Shown in pieces: positions 19,057 to 32,613 of a stretch of 64,000 nt of DNA. Below the pieces are notes generated by a model. The model was not told the origin of the DNA. It saw only the letters and a list, made by a program, of their open reading frames with translations, and did no database searches. Within the stretch, counting starts at the first letter, position 1. Every line of letters begins with the position of its first letter. Source of the stretch: an uncultured Rhodospirillaceae bacterium (GTDB taxonomy: Bacteria > Pseudomonadota > Alphaproteobacteria > UBA7887). A program made the translations under genes and the position numbers. Location: contig CAYPAX010000002.1 in assembly GCA_964408735.1 (NCBI GenBank), positions 10,921-74,920 of the forward strand. The letters run 5' to 3'.

Positions 19057-19821
19057 TTAGACGCGCCAGGCGCTGTGCAGGGCGACAATGCCGCCGCTCA
19101 GCTTGCGGGCGCGGATGCCGGCAAAGCCCGCTTCCGCCATCATTGCCGACAGCGCGTCCGGGGCAGGGAAGCGGCGAATACTCTCGACGAGGTAGGTGTA
19201 GGAGCCCTGGTCGGCGGCTACGATCTTGCCCAGCGCCGGGATGACACGGTCCGAGAAGGCGTCGTAGAGCGGTGCCAGCGGTGCCGCCACCTCAGGCGAG
19301 AATTCGAGGCAGAGGAAGCGCCCGCCCGGGCGCAGCACGCGGGCGATCTCCGCCAGGCCCGGCTCGATCTTGGCGAAGTTGCGCAGGCCGAAGGCGATGG
19401 TGCAGGCGTCGAAACGGCGATCTGGAAACGGCAAGGCGTCGCCGCTGCCGCAGACCCAGCGCGGGGCATCGATGCGGCCCTGGTCCCAGGCGCGCCGCCG
19501 GCCCTCGACGAGCATGGCCGGAGTCAGGTCGCATACTGTGACGTCAACGGCGTGGCGGTCGAGGATGCGCGCCGCGATGTCGCCGGTGCCGCCCGCCAGG
19601 TCGAGGATTCGCGCCCCCGCCTTGGGCTCGAGCGCCGCCACCATGGCGCGCTTCCACAAGCGCTGCACGCCGCCGCTCATGAGGTCGTTCATGAGGTCGT
19701 AACGGGACGCCACGCTGTCGAAAACACCCGCCACGAGCGTCGCCTTCTCGGCCGGATCGACGTCGCGAAGCCCGAACGGAACGGTCTTTGTCGTGTGGTC
19801 TGTCGCCATGCGCCGAACCAT
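19057..19821 (-). CDS. ubiE: Ubiquinone/menaquinone biosynthesis C-methyltransferase UbiE
   Basis: SAM-binding motif [12 protein letters not shown]. An alternative ATG exists at 19809. Confidence 0.9.
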   Translation of the reverse strand: MVRRMATDHTTKTVPFGLRDVDPAEKATLVAGVFDSVASRYDLMNDLMSGGVQRLWKRAMVAALEPKAGARILDLAGGTGDIAARILDRHAVDVTVCDLTPAMLVEGRRRAWDQGRIDAPRWVCGSGDALPFPDRRFDACTIAFGLRNFAKIEPGLAEIARVLRPGGRFLCLEFSPEVAAPLAPLYDAFSDRVIPALGKIVAADQGSYTYLVESIRRFPAPDALSAMMAEAGFAGIRARKLSGGIVALHSAWRV

Positions 19822-19854
19822 AGCCTAGCGCCATGGGCCGCGCTACAGTCGCCC

Positions 19855-20685
19855 ATGCCCGAGCTTCCCGAAGTCGAGACCGTCCGCCGTGGCCTGGCAC
19901 CCAAGCTCGAAGGCCATCGCATAGCGCGCATCACGGTGCGGCGCGGCGATTTGCGCTTTCCCTTGCCGGCGGATTTCGCAACCCGCCTCGAAGGGCGCTG
20001 TGTCGAGACCATCGGCAGGCGCGGCAAATATCTGCTTTTCGCGCTCGACGACGGCCAGGTCGTGATCGGCCATCTCGGCATGTCCGGGCGCCTCTTCGCT
20101 CGGCCCGAGGCCGGCGCCGCACCCGAGAAGCACGACCACATTCTCTTCGTCACCGACGACGGCGTTGAGATCGTCTTCAACGATGTGCGCCGATTCGGCC
20201 TCTTCGATCTCACGCAGGCCGCGGCGCTAGACGATCACCCCCTGTTGCGCGATATGGGCCCCGACCCCCTTGGCAACGACTTCTCCGGCCCTGTGCTTTC
20301 CGCGGCCCTCGCGGGCCGGCGTTCGCCCATCAAGGCCTTGCTGCTCGATCAGCACCTGGTCGCCGGCATCGGCAACATCTATGCCTGCGAGAGCCTGTAC
20401 CGCGCCGGCATTTCGCCGAAACGCCTCGGCGCCAGCGTTGCCGGGGCCAGGGCCGAGCGTCTGGTGCCCGCCATCAAGGCCGTATTGGGCGATGCCATCG
20501 CGGCCGGCGGCTCGTCTCTGCGCGACTATGTCCAGGCCTCGGGCGAACTCGGCTACTTTCAGCATGCCTTTTCCGTCTATGGCCGCGAGGGCGAGCCTTG
20601 CGCCAGCGGCGCGCCCGGCCATTGTGTCAAGCGCATCGTGCAGGCGGGGCGCTCCACTTTCCTTTGTCCCAAATGCCAGCGCTGA
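19855..20685 (+). CDS. mutM: Formamidopyrimidine-DNA glycosylase
   Basis: N-terminus MPELPEVET and a C-terminal zinc finger (CxxC...CPKCQ). This is the real start inside a spurious 976-aa track ORF. Confidence 0.9.
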   Translation: MPELPEVETVRRGLAPKLEGHRIARITVRRGDLRFPLPADFATRLEGRCVETIGRRGKYLLFALDDGQVVIGHLGMSGRLFARPEAGAAPEKHDHILFVTDDGVEIVFNDVRRFGLFDLTQAAALDDHPLLRDMGPDPLGNDFSGPVLSAALAGRRSPIKALLLDQHLVAGIGNIYACESLYRAGISPKRLGASVAGARAERLVPAIKAVLGDAIAAGGSSLRDYVQASGELGYFQHAFSVYGREGEPCASGAPGHCVKRIVQAGRSTFLCPKCQR

Positions 20686-20698
20686 GGTAGGTTGGGGC

Positions 20699-21061
20699 AT
20701 GGCACGCCTGCGCGAAATTCTGGCCGCCCTTTCGTTGCTGTTGGCCTTGCCGGCAGCGGCAGACGAGGCGGTGTTCGTCGCCGGCTTCGATGACCTGCCG
20801 CTGATGGCGGTGCTGAGCGAGCTCGGCGATGCGGGGGTGATCTTCGATACGCCGCAGGGGCGAATCGTCGAGCGCTATGCCAGCGGCGCCACCGATGCGG
20901 CGGCGGTGTCCCGCTTCTACGGCGACACCCTGCCGGCGCTCGGCTGGCAGGCTTCCGGGCCGCTGCAATACGAGCGCGAGGGCGAACGCCTGACCATCAC
21001 CATCTATCCCGCCGATTCGGCGCAACGCCTGACGGTGCGATTTTCCCTCGCGCCAAGCTGA
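20699..21061 (+). CDS. Hypothetical secreted protein (121 aa)
   Basis: Signal peptide MARLREILAALSLLLALPAAA. The ATG is at 20699 within a longer track ORF. No recognised domain. Confidence 0.4.
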   Translation: MARLREILAALSLLLALPAAADEAVFVAGFDDLPLMAVLSELGDAGVIFDTPQGRIVERYASGATDAAAVSRFYGDTLPALGWQASGPLQYEREGERLTITIYPADSAQRLTVRFSLAPS

Positions 21062-21076
21062 GAACAAGGACCTAGC

Positions 21077-21850
21077 ATGGCTTATGAGAACATCGCCGTA
21101 GAGAGGCGCGGCAAGGTCGGCGTCGTCACGCTCGACCGCCCGAATGCGCTCAACGCGCTGAACAGCGCCCTGGTAGCCGAGCTGGGCCAGGCACTGGCCG
21201 AGTTCGATGCGGACGACGGCATCGGCGCCATCGTGCTGACCGGCTCGGAGAAGGCTTTCGCCGCCGGTGCCGACATCAAGGAGATGCAGTCGAAATCCTA
21301 TATGGATGCCTATTTCGGCGATTTCATCGGATCCTGGGAGTGCCTGGCCGCGTGCCGCAAGCCGATCGTTGCGGCGGTAGCCGGCTTCGCGCTTGGCGGC
21401 GGCTGCGAGTTCGCCATGATGTGCGACATCGTCATCGCCGCCGACAATGCCCGCTTCGGTCAGCCCGAGATCAAGCTCGGCACCTTTCCCGGTGCCAGCG
21501 GCACCCAGCGCCTGCCGCGCGCTGTCGGCAAGGCCAAGGCCATGGACCTGATTCTGACAGGCCGCATGATGGATGTGGAGGAGGCCGAGCGCGCCGGGCT
21601 GGTCAGCCGCATCGTGCCCCTTGGCGAGCTTATGAATACGGCCATGGACGTGGCCGAGACCATCGCCGCGATGTCGCTGCCCGTGGCGATGATGGCCAAG
21701 GAGGCGGTCAACCGGGCCTATGAGACGCCACTCAGCGAAGGTGTCATGTTCGAGCGCCGGCTGTTCTATTCCACCTTCGCGCTCGAGGATCAGAGCGAGG
21801 GCATGGCCGCCTTCGCCGAGAAGCGCAAGCCCGATTTCAAGAACCGCTGA
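21077..21850 (+). CDS. Enoyl-CoA hydratase (crotonase family)
   Basis: 257 aa. Crotonase motifs ([17 protein letters not shown]; [20 protein letters not shown]). Confidence 0.85.
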   Translation: MAYENIAVERRGKVGVVTLDRPNALNALNSALVAELGQALAEFDADDGIGAIVLTGSEKAFAAGADIKEMQSKSYMDAYFGDFIGSWECLAACRKPIVAAVAGFALGGGCEFAMMCDIVIAADNARFGQPEIKLGTFPGASGTQRLPRAVGKAKAMDLILTGRMMDVEEAERAGLVSRIVPLGELMNTAMDVAETIAAMSLPVAMMAKEAVNRAYETPLSEGVMFERRLFYSTFALEDQSEGMAAFAEKRKPDFKNR

Positions 21851-21882
21851 TTCGGGCGCAGGCGATTCGCTCGGGGTGGCTG

Positions 21883-21911
21883 TTGACGCTCCCGATTCGC
21901 CCGGTTATAAC
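21883..21911 (+). promoter_or_regulatory. Candidate sigma70 promoter for rpsT (TTGACG - 17 nt - TATAAC)
   Basis: Seen in the sequence. It is followed by a perfect 7-bp stem hairpin, GCGGACG-gag-CGTCCGC (21925-21941), in the 5' leader. Confidence 0.3.
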
Positions 21912-21967
21912 CGCGCCCTTTCCTGCTGCGGACGGAGCGTCCGCGGGCAATTCCAGTCGGGTTGAGC

Positions 21968-22231
21968 ATGGCGCATCACAAATCGGCCAAGAAACGCATT
22001 CGCCGCAACGAGCGGCAGCGGCTCGTCAATCGAGCCCGCATCGGCAGCATCCGCACGTCCGTCAGGACCGTCGAGGTGGCGATAGCCGGTGGCGACAAGG
22101 CGGCGGCGCAGGCTGCCTTCGTCCAGGCGCAGCCGCAATTGATGCGTGGCGTCGTCAAGGGCGTGGTGCCGCGCAACGCCATGCGGCGCAAGCTGTCGCG
22201 CCTCAGCCGCCGCATCAAGGCGATGGCGTAG
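21968..22231 (+). CDS. rpsT: 30S ribosomal protein S20
   Basis: Translation reads [22 protein letters not shown]... across 87 aa. The track ORF starts two codons earlier, at 21962. Confidence 0.85.
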   Translation: MAHHKSAKKRIRRNERQRLVNRARIGSIRTSVRTVEVAIAGGDKAAAQAAFVQAQPQLMRGVVKGVVPRNAMRRKLSRLSRRIKAMA

Positions 22232-22261
22232 GTCCTTCGAAGCACAGGTTATGTCGGCCAC

Positions 22262-22288
22262 GGCCGCGCTCGGGCGCGGCCGTTCTTG
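22262..22288 (+). terminator. Candidate rho-independent terminator after rpsT
   Basis: GGCCGCGC-tcgg-GCGCGGCC hairpin followed by GTTCTTG. Confidence 0.35.
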
Positions 22289-22687
22289 CATCCGCAGCCC
22301 GAGGCGATTCGCGTTGCCGATGCGCACTCGTCCAAGAAAAAATGCATGTCAAGGTTCCGATTCTGTTGCAGTCGGCGGCCTGCATCGGTAGTCTTTGATG
22401 GTGGTGCTGAGGTGGCTGCGGCCAAGTTGGGCAATAAGTATTCGCATTTGGTAACCTAGAATAACGTTACAAAATAGGCGGATACGGTAAGTCTTGCCGA
22501 AATCTAGCTGGAATGATTGTGCGACGTTACTGTACGTCGTTGGGTGTGGTTGTTGTCGATAACGGCAGAATTGGCGGCTCAGGGGGGTCATGACCATTTC
22601 ACCAGCAAGATTTGACTGCGGGTTCTCCACGATGTCCCAGTGTCGGCCCTCGCCGATGCTTGATTCGATACAGCGCTAGCGGGCGTC
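22289..22687. promoter_or_regulatory. dnaA upstream control region: local AT-rich stretch (~22430-22520) and a DnaA-box-like TTATCGACA (22554-22562, reverse strand)
   Basis: Seen in the sequence: one mismatch to TTATCCACA. The rpsT-dnaA arrangement is typical of Alphaproteobacteria. Whether this is oriC is unknown. Confidence 0.3.
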
Positions 22688-24079
22688 TTGGCGGTCGTGG
22701 CAGAGACACAAAACAGGCTGGAAGCCGACGAGAGCTGGCGGCGCGTGCGCGACCGTTTGCGCGGCGAGCTGGGCAGCACCACCTTCGAGCGTTGGATGGA
22801 ATCGGTCGAGCTGGGAAGCGTCACGGGCGGGCGGGTTCAGCTTTGCGTGCCGACGCGTTTTCTGCGTGATTGGGTGGCGCCGCGCTATGGCGACCGGCTG
22901 CGCGCCTTGTGGCAGGACGAGAGCAAGAACGTGGCGGCCGTCGATATCGTGGTGCGCCCGGGCCTGCCGACTCCGGTCGACCCACCGCGCCCGAGCGGGC
23001 TTGCGACCGAGGCCGAGACGGCCGGCGAAGATCCCTTCGGCGATATCGATTCGATCGGGGCGGCGCTCGATTCGCGCTACTGCTTCGACAATTTCGTGGT
23101 CGGCAAGCCCAACGAGTTCGCCCACGCCGCGGCAAAGCGGGTCGGCGAATCGGACGACGTGCCTTTCAATCCGTTGTTCATCTATGGCGGCGTCGGCCTC
23201 GGCAAGACCCATCTGATGCACGCCATCGGCCTGCAGGTGCGAGAGCGCCGCCCCGACAAGCGAGTGATCTACCTCTCGGCCGAGAAGTTCATGTACCAGT
23301 TCATCCGCGCCCTGCGGTTCAAGAACATCATGGGCTTCAAGGAGCTGTTCCGCTCGGTCGACGTGCTGCTGATCGACGACGTGCAGTTCATCGGCGGCAA
23401 GGAATCGACCCAGGAAGAGTTCTTCCACACCTTCAATGCGCTGGTCGACCAGAACAAGCAGGTGATCGTGTCCGGCGACCGCTCGCCGGCGGATCTCGAA
23501 TATATGGACGAGCGCATGCGCTCGCGCCTCAGCTGGGGCCTGGTGGCGGAGGTGCATCAAACGTCCTACGAGTTGCGCCTCGGCATCCTGCAGGGCAAGG
23601 CCGACCAGCTCGGCGCCGGCCAGGTGCCGCCCAAGGTGCTGGAGTTCCTCGCCCACAAGATCAGCTCGAATGTGCGCGAGCTGGAGGGCGCGCTGATTCG
23701 CGTCGTCGCCCATTCCACCCTGGTGGGGCGCCCCATCACCCTGGAGAGCACCCAGGAGGTCCTGCACGACCTGCTGCGTGCCAACGACCGCAGGGTGACC
23801 ATCGAGGACATCCAGAAGCGGGTCGCCGAGTACTACAACATCAAGGTCTCGGAGATGAGCTCGGCGCGGCGGGCGCAGATGGTGGCCCGGCCGCGCCAGG
23901 TCGCGATGTATCTGGCCAAGCAGCTGACCCAGCGCTCGCTGCCGGAGATCGGCCGCAAGTTCGGCAATCGCGACCACACAACGGTGATGCACGCGGTGCG
24001 CAAGGTCGATCAGCTGCGCCAAAGCGATGCCGGCTTCGCCGAAGACGTGGAGCTGCTCAGGCGCATGCTCGAGGCCTGA
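22688..24079 (+). CDS. dnaA: Chromosomal replication initiator protein DnaA
   Basis: AAA+ Walker A (GGVGLGKTHL), Walker B (LLIDDVQF), sensor motifs and the C-terminal DNA-binding domain. The start is TTG at 22688 or GTG at 22697 and is uncertain. Confidence 0.95.
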   Translation: MAVVAETQNRLEADESWRRVRDRLRGELGSTTFERWMESVELGSVTGGRVQLCVPTRFLRDWVAPRYGDRLRALWQDESKNVAAVDIVVRPGLPTPVDPPRPSGLATEAETAGEDPFGDIDSIGAALDSRYCFDNFVVGKPNEFAHAAAKRVGESDDVPFNPLFIYGGVGLGKTHLMHAIGLQVRERRPDKRVIYLSAEKFMYQFIRALRFKNIMGFKELFRSVDVLLIDDVQFIGGKESTQEEFFHTFNALVDQNKQVIVSGDRSPADLEYMDERMRSRLSWGLVAEVHQTSYELRLGILQGKADQLGAGQVPPKVLEFLAHKISSNVRELEGALIRVVAHSTLVGRPITLESTQEVLHDLLRANDRRVTIEDIQKRVAEYYNIKVSEMSSARRAQMVARPRQVAMYLAKQLTQRSLPEIGRKFGNRDHTTVMHAVRKVDQLRQSDAGFAEDVELLRRMLEA

Positions 24080-24225
24080 GCGGCCGCTGCCCGAAAGGGC
24101 GAAAAAACTATAGAAAACACACGAGTCTGGTATAGTTCCGGACCCGGGGGCGACGGCGCCGCCGGCGGCTCGACGGGCGGCTGGCGCCTGTCGGCTGGCA
24201 GCTTTCAACGAGGGTTTCCGGCGAC

Positions 24226-25337
24226 ATGAAACTGACCATCGAGCGCTCGCATCTGCTCAAGTCGCTGCAGCACGTGCAAAGCGTGGTCGAGCGCCGCAAT
24301 ACCATTCCGATTTTGTCCAATCTGCTGATTTCGTCAAACGGCGGCAAGCTCAGCCTGACGGCCACCGACATGGATATCGAGGTGATCGACGCGACACCGT
24401 CGGAGGTCGGCCAGGAGGGCACGGCGACGGCGCCGGCGCATATGCTCTACGACATCGTGCGCAAGCTGCCCGAGGGCGCCCAGGTGGAGCTGGCCAGCGA
24501 AGAAGGCAGCGAGCGCCTGGCGCTCCGCAGCGGCGGCTCGGCGTTCTCTCTGCATTGCCTGCCGCCGGTGGACTTTCCCGCCTTCTCGGCCGGCGATCTC
24601 GATCACAGCTTCGCCATTCCGGCAGCCGATCTCAGACGGCTGATCGACAAGACCCGATTCGCGATCTCGACCGAGGAGACGCGCTACTACCTCAACGGCA
24701 TTCACCTGCACGCGGTCGAAGAGGGCGAGCGGGCCCTGCGTGCGGTGGCCACCGACGGCCATCGTTTGGCGCGGGTCGAGGTGGACCTGCCGGCCGGCGC
24801 CGAGGGCATGCCGGGCATCATCGTGCCGCGCAAGGCGGTCACCGAGCTGCGCAAGCTGCTCGACGATGCCGAGGACGAGGTCGCGGTGGCGCTGTCGGAC
24901 GTCAAGGTTCGCTTCACCATCGACGGTGCGGTGCTGTCGTCCAAGCTGATCGACGGCACCTTCCCCGACTATCAGCGCGTGATCCCGGAAGGCAACGACA
25001 AGGTGATGAGCGTGCACGGCCCGAGCTTTGCCGAAGCCGTGGACCGGGTCTCGACCATCGCCAGCGACAAGTCGCGGGCCATCAAGCTGGCGATCGAGAC
25101 GGGTAAGCTGGTGCTTTCCGCCAACAGTCCCGACCAGGCCAGCGCCACTGAGGAGCTGGTGGTGGACTATGATGGCGAATCGCTGTCGATCGGCTTCAAC
25201 TCCCGTTACGTGCTTGAAATGACGCAACAGGTCGAGGGCGACACCTTGCGCTTTTCCATGGCCGATTCCGCCTCGCCGACGGTGGTTGGCGACAGCGAGG
25301 ATGCGCGCGCGCTCTATGTGTTGATGCCGATGCGCGT

Positions 25338-25341
<4 letters not shown>
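24226..25341 (+). CDS. dnaN: DNA polymerase III beta sliding clamp
   Basis: 371 aa with the typical N-terminus MKLTIERSHLLKSLQHVQSVVERRNTIPILSNLL. Confidence 0.95.
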
Positions 25342-28969
<3,628 letters not shown>

Positions 28970-28972
28970 GCC

Positions 28973-30847
28973 GTGGCGGCGAAGGCAAGCAAGAAAAAGA
29001 AGCCCGCAAAGCCCAAACCGGCCAAGCGGCGCAAGCCCGCGCGGCGTGCCAAGACGGCCACGGCGGCGAAGAAGACGAAGCGGCCACCGCGGCTTTGGCT
29101 GCGCCTGCTCAAGCGCGGGCTCTACTGGGCGGCCGTTGCCGGCATCTGGCTGTTCATTGCGGTCTCCGGCCTGGTTGCCTGGTATGCCACCGACCTTCCC
29201 GACATCTCAGACCTGGACTCTCGGGCGCGCTCGGCCGGCATCACGATCACCGCGGCGGACGGCACCGTGCTCGCCAGCCGCGGCGATGTCTATGGCCGCC
29301 ACGTGCCGCGCAGCGAGCTGCCCCAATCCCTCGTCGATGCCGTCGTGGCGGTCGAAGACAGGCGCTTCTACGATCATTTCGGCCTCGATCCGGTCGGCTT
29401 GGCGCGTGCGGTATACGTCAATTTGCGCGCCGGCAGGCTGGTCCAGGGCGGTAGCACGCTGACCCAGCAGATCGCCAAGAACGTCTTTCTCACCTCCGAG
29501 CGCAGCCTCAAGCGCAAGGTCCAGGAGTTGCTGCTGGCCTTCTGGCTGGAGCGCAATTTCAGCAAGGACGAATTGCTGACCATCTACCTCAACCGCGTCT
29601 ATCTCGGTGCCGGCGCCTATGGCGTGGATGCGGCGGCGCGGCGCTATTTCGCCAAGCCCGCGAGCGATCTCGGCCTTGCCGAGGCGGCCATGATCGCCGG
29701 CCTGCCCAAGGCGCCGAGCCGCTATGCGCCGACCCGCGATCTGGCGGCGGCGCGGGCCCGCGCCGCGGTGGTGCTCGATGCCATGGTCGCCAGCGGCAGG
29801 CTCGACGCCGCCACGGCCGAGGCAGCCAAGGCGCTGCCGGCCAATGTGACGGGCTCGCTCGGCGGCTCAGGCGCGGCGCGCTACTTCGCCGACTGGGTGA
29901 TCGACCGCGTTCCTGCCTATGTCGGACCGATCACGGGCGATCTGGAAGTGCGCACCACCCTCGATGCCACGGTCCAGCGCGCCGCCGAGGCCGCGGTGGC
30001 AGCGAGCCGTGACGCCAGCGCGGCAGCAAGCGCGGGCGAGGTGGCCTTGGTCGCCATGGCGCCCGATGGTGCGGTGCGCGCCATGGTCGGCGGGCGCAAT
30101 TACGGCGCCAGCCAGTACAATCGCGCCACCCAGGCGCAGCGCCAGCCGGGCTCCGCCTTCAAGATCGCCGTCTACGCCGCTGCGCTGGAGGCGGGCATCG
30201 GCCGTGGCGCGCATTTCGACGATGCGCCGATCCAGGTCGAGGGCTGGCAGCCTAAGAATTATGGCGACAGCTATCGCGGCAGCCTCACGGTGACGGAAGC
30301 CTTTGCCCGCTCCAGCAATGTCATCGCGGTGCAACTGTCGGAGCGCGCCGGGCGCGGCCGGGTCATCGCCGCGGCACGCAGGCTCGGCATCACCGCGCCG
30401 CTATCGCCCCACCCCAGCCTGGCTCTGGGCGTGGGCGAGGTCAGCCTGTTGGAATTGACCGGCGCCTATGCCGTGGTGGCAAGCGGCGGCCTCGGCGTCG
30501 TGCCCCACGCCATTGCCGAGATCCGCGGCCGCGACGGCCGGGTGCTCTATCGCCGCGCCGGCTCCGGCCTCGGCCGGGTGCTGGCGCCTGGCATCGCCGC
30601 CGACCTCGATGCCCTGTTGCAGGCGGTGGTGCGAGAGGGCACGGGCAGGCGGGCGGCGCTCGACGTGCCCGCTGCCGGCAAGACCGGCACCAGCCAGGAC
30701 TCGCGCGACGCCTGGTTCCTCGGCTACCGCGAAGGCCTCGTCGCCGGCGTCTGGCTCGGCAACGATGACGGGAGCCCGATGAAAGGCGTCACCGGCGGCA
30801 CCCTGCCCGCATCCCTTTGGCAGGATTTCATGCGACGCCTGAACTAA
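28973..30847 (+). CDS. Class A penicillin-binding protein-like: GT51 transglycosylase plus transpeptidase domain
   Basis: GTG start. Lys-rich cytoplasmic tail, a TM segment, GT51 motifs (EDRRFYDHFGLD; GGSTLTQQ) and the transpeptidase motifs SxxK (SAFK) and KTGT. Confidence 0.8.
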   Translation: MAAKASKKKKPAKPKPAKRRKPARRAKTATAAKKTKRPPRLWLRLLKRGLYWAAVAGIWLFIAVSGLVAWYATDLPDISDLDSRARSAGITITAADGTVLASRGDVYGRHVPRSELPQSLVDAVVAVEDRRFYDHFGLDPVGLARAVYVNLRAGRLVQGGSTLTQQIAKNVFLTSERSLKRKVQELLLAFWLERNFSKDELLTIYLNRVYLGAGAYGVDAAARRYFAKPASDLGLAEAAMIAGLPKAPSRYAPTRDLAAARARAAVVLDAMVASGRLDAATAEAAKALPANVTGSLGGSGAARYFADWVIDRVPAYVGPITGDLEVRTTLDATVQRAAEAAVAASRDASAAASAGEVALVAMAPDGAVRAMVGGRNYGASQYNRATQAQRQPGSAFKIAVYAAALEAGIGRGAHFDDAPIQVEGWQPKNYGDSYRGSLTVTEAFARSSNVIAVQLSERAGRGRVIAAARRLGITAPLSPHPSLALGVGEVSLLELTGAYAVVASGGLGVVPHAIAEIRGRDGRVLYRRAGSGLGRVLAPGIAADLDALLQAVVREGTGRRAALDVPAAGKTGTSQDSRDAWFLGYREGLVAGVWLGNDDGSPMKGVTGGTLPASLWQDFMRRLN

Positions 30848-30864
30848 CTGTCCTCCATTACGGT

Positions 30865-32439
30865 TCATGGGCGCATGGCGAAGCTGGCACGCCCCGGTTC
30901 GCGCAGCGGTGCCACCAGGTTGGCGAACTCGCAGAGCAGCGGGCGGGTGTCGCGGGGGTCGATGATCTCCTCTACGCCGTAGCGCTCGGCGGTGCGGAAA
31001 GGCGAGCGCACGGCTTCGAGCCGCTCGAGGATTTCCGCCTCCATCTTCGCCGGATCCTCGGCCTTTGCCAGGTCCGCCTTCCAGGCCGCCTCGATGCCGC
31101 CTTCGACGGGCAGCGAGCCCCAGTCCCCCGATGGCCAGGCATAGCGGTAATGGAAGCGGCTCTGATTGGCATGGCCCGCACCTGCGACGCCGAAGGCCTT
31201 GCGCATGACCACCGAGCACCAGGGCACGCGCGCCTGGTAGATAGCGGCCAACGCGCGGGTGCCGTGGCGGATGGTCGCCGCTTTTTCGTGCGCCACGCCG
31301 ATGGCGAAGCCGGGGCAGTCGACCAGATGCACCACGGGCAGGTGAAAAGTCTCGGCAAGATCGACGAAGCGGGTCACCTTGAGCGCCGCATCCGCAGTCC
31401 AGCCGCCGGCGAAGACGTAAGGGTCGCCCGCCAACAGCGCCACCGGCCAGCCGTCGAGGCGCGCCAGGCCGGTAATCGCCGAGCGGCCGAAGCGGGCGCC
31501 GATCTCGAGGAAGCTGCCTTCGTCGACCACGGCCTCGATGACCGGGCGCATCTTGTAGATCTTGCGGCGGTTGCGCGGCACCACGTCGATGAGGAAATCC
31601 TCGCAGCGATCGACCGGGTCGTGGCACTCACCGCGTGGCGGCACGTCGTAGACCGAGGACGGCAGGTAGGAGAGGAAGCGGCGCGTACGCGCGAAGGCCT
31701 CATCCTCGCTGTCCACCGCGTCATCGATCGCGCCGTTGGTGGCATGGATGTCCGAGCCGCCCAACCCTTCCTTGTCGACCTGTGCGCCGAGCCGGTTGAC
31801 CACCGGCGGGCCGGCCACGAACATCTGCGATTGGCCCTTGACCATGAGCGAATAGTGGCTGGCCGCGACCCGCGCCGCGCCGAGCCCGGCCACCGGGCCG
31901 AGCGCCAGCGCCACCACCGGCACCGTCGCCATGTTCTCCACCACCCATTCCCAGGCGGGATTGGCGGGCAGATAGGTGTAGCCCTCGGTCTCGACCGTGC
32001 GCACGGAGCCGCCGCCACCGGTGCCCTCGACCAGGCGCACGATGGGCATGCGCAGCTCGTTCGCCATTTGCTCGGCGCCAATCTGCTTGGCACGAATGCC
32101 CGCGTCCGCGGCACCACCGCGAATCGTGAAGTCATCCGCCGCCACGGCGACAGTGCGACCATCGATGCGACCGCGCCCCATCACCACGTTGGAAGCCCGC
32201 AGGTTGGCCAGGCTGCCGTCGTCGTTATAGTCGGCAACGCCGGCAATGGCGCCGATCTCGTGAAAGCTGTCGGGATCGAGCAGGTGCTCGATGCGCTCGC
32301 GCACCGTCAGGCGGCCATTGTCGTGCTGACGCTTGATCTTCTCGGGCCCGCCCATCTCGCGGGCCATGGCCTCGCGACGTTTGAGCTCCTCGATCTCGGG
32401 CCGCCAGCCCTCGCCGCTTCGGTCTGCCTGATCGTCCAT
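30865..32439 (-). CDS. Acyl-CoA carboxylase carboxyltransferase (beta) subunit, propionyl-CoA carboxylase beta-like
   Basis: 524 aa carboxyl-transferase family protein (GRLTVRERIEHLLDPDSFHE...). Both the N and C CoA-carboxyltransferase halves are present. Confidence 0.85.
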   Translation of the reverse strand: MDDQADRSGEGWRPEIEELKRREAMAREMGGPEKIKRQHDNGRLTVRERIEHLLDPDSFHEIGAIAGVADYNDDGSLANLRASNVVMGRGRIDGRTVAVAADDFTIRGGAADAGIRAKQIGAEQMANELRMPIVRLVEGTGGGGSVRTVETEGYTYLPANPAWEWVVENMATVPVVALALGPVAGLGAARVAASHYSLMVKGQSQMFVAGPPVVNRLGAQVDKEGLGGSDIHATNGAIDDAVDSEDEAFARTRRFLSYLPSSVYDVPPRGECHDPVDRCEDFLIDVVPRNRRKIYKMRPVIEAVVDEGSFLEIGARFGRSAITGLARLDGWPVALLAGDPYVFAGGWTADAALKVTRFVDLAETFHLPVVHLVDCPGFAIGVAHEKAATIRHGTRALAAIYQARVPWCSVVMRKAFGVAGAGHANQSRFHYRYAWPSGDWGSLPVEGGIEAAWKADLAKAEDPAKMEAEILERLEAVRSPFRTAERYGVEEIIDPRDTRPLLCEFANLVAPLREPGRASFAMRP

Positions 32440-32613
32440 TCTTCGTCCCCAACGCTGTCAGATGACCCCGATCCAAGCGCAATCGGCGCGCCACCGCAAG
32501 GTGCGAGCGCGCATGGCCATTGACCACACCGCGCAGAGCGTGAAAAACTGTGGAATCCGGCGGGTAGCAAAGGTGCGCCTGCCGTTCGTATAGGGTGAAG
32601 GGGGGATACGCTC

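Noticed and set aside
17755-20685. 976-aa plus-strand ORF spanning 17.8-20.7 kb
   Set aside because: It runs antisense across ubiB and ubiE, which have strong family motifs on the minus strand. Only its last 277 codons, from the ATG at 19855, encode MutM. The remainder is Arg/Ala/Gly-rich low-complexity sequence typical of high-GC antisense frames.
22870-24135. 421-aa ORF in an alternative frame over dnaA
   Set aside because: It is an Arg/Pro/Gly-rich shadow frame. The dnaA frame carries Walker A/B motifs and the DnaA C-terminal domain.
30401-31627. 408-aa minus-strand ORF overlapping the PBP gene and the carboxyltransferase gene
   Set aside because: It has no start context and a low-complexity Arg/Gly composition. 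Both overlapped genes have strong family signatures.
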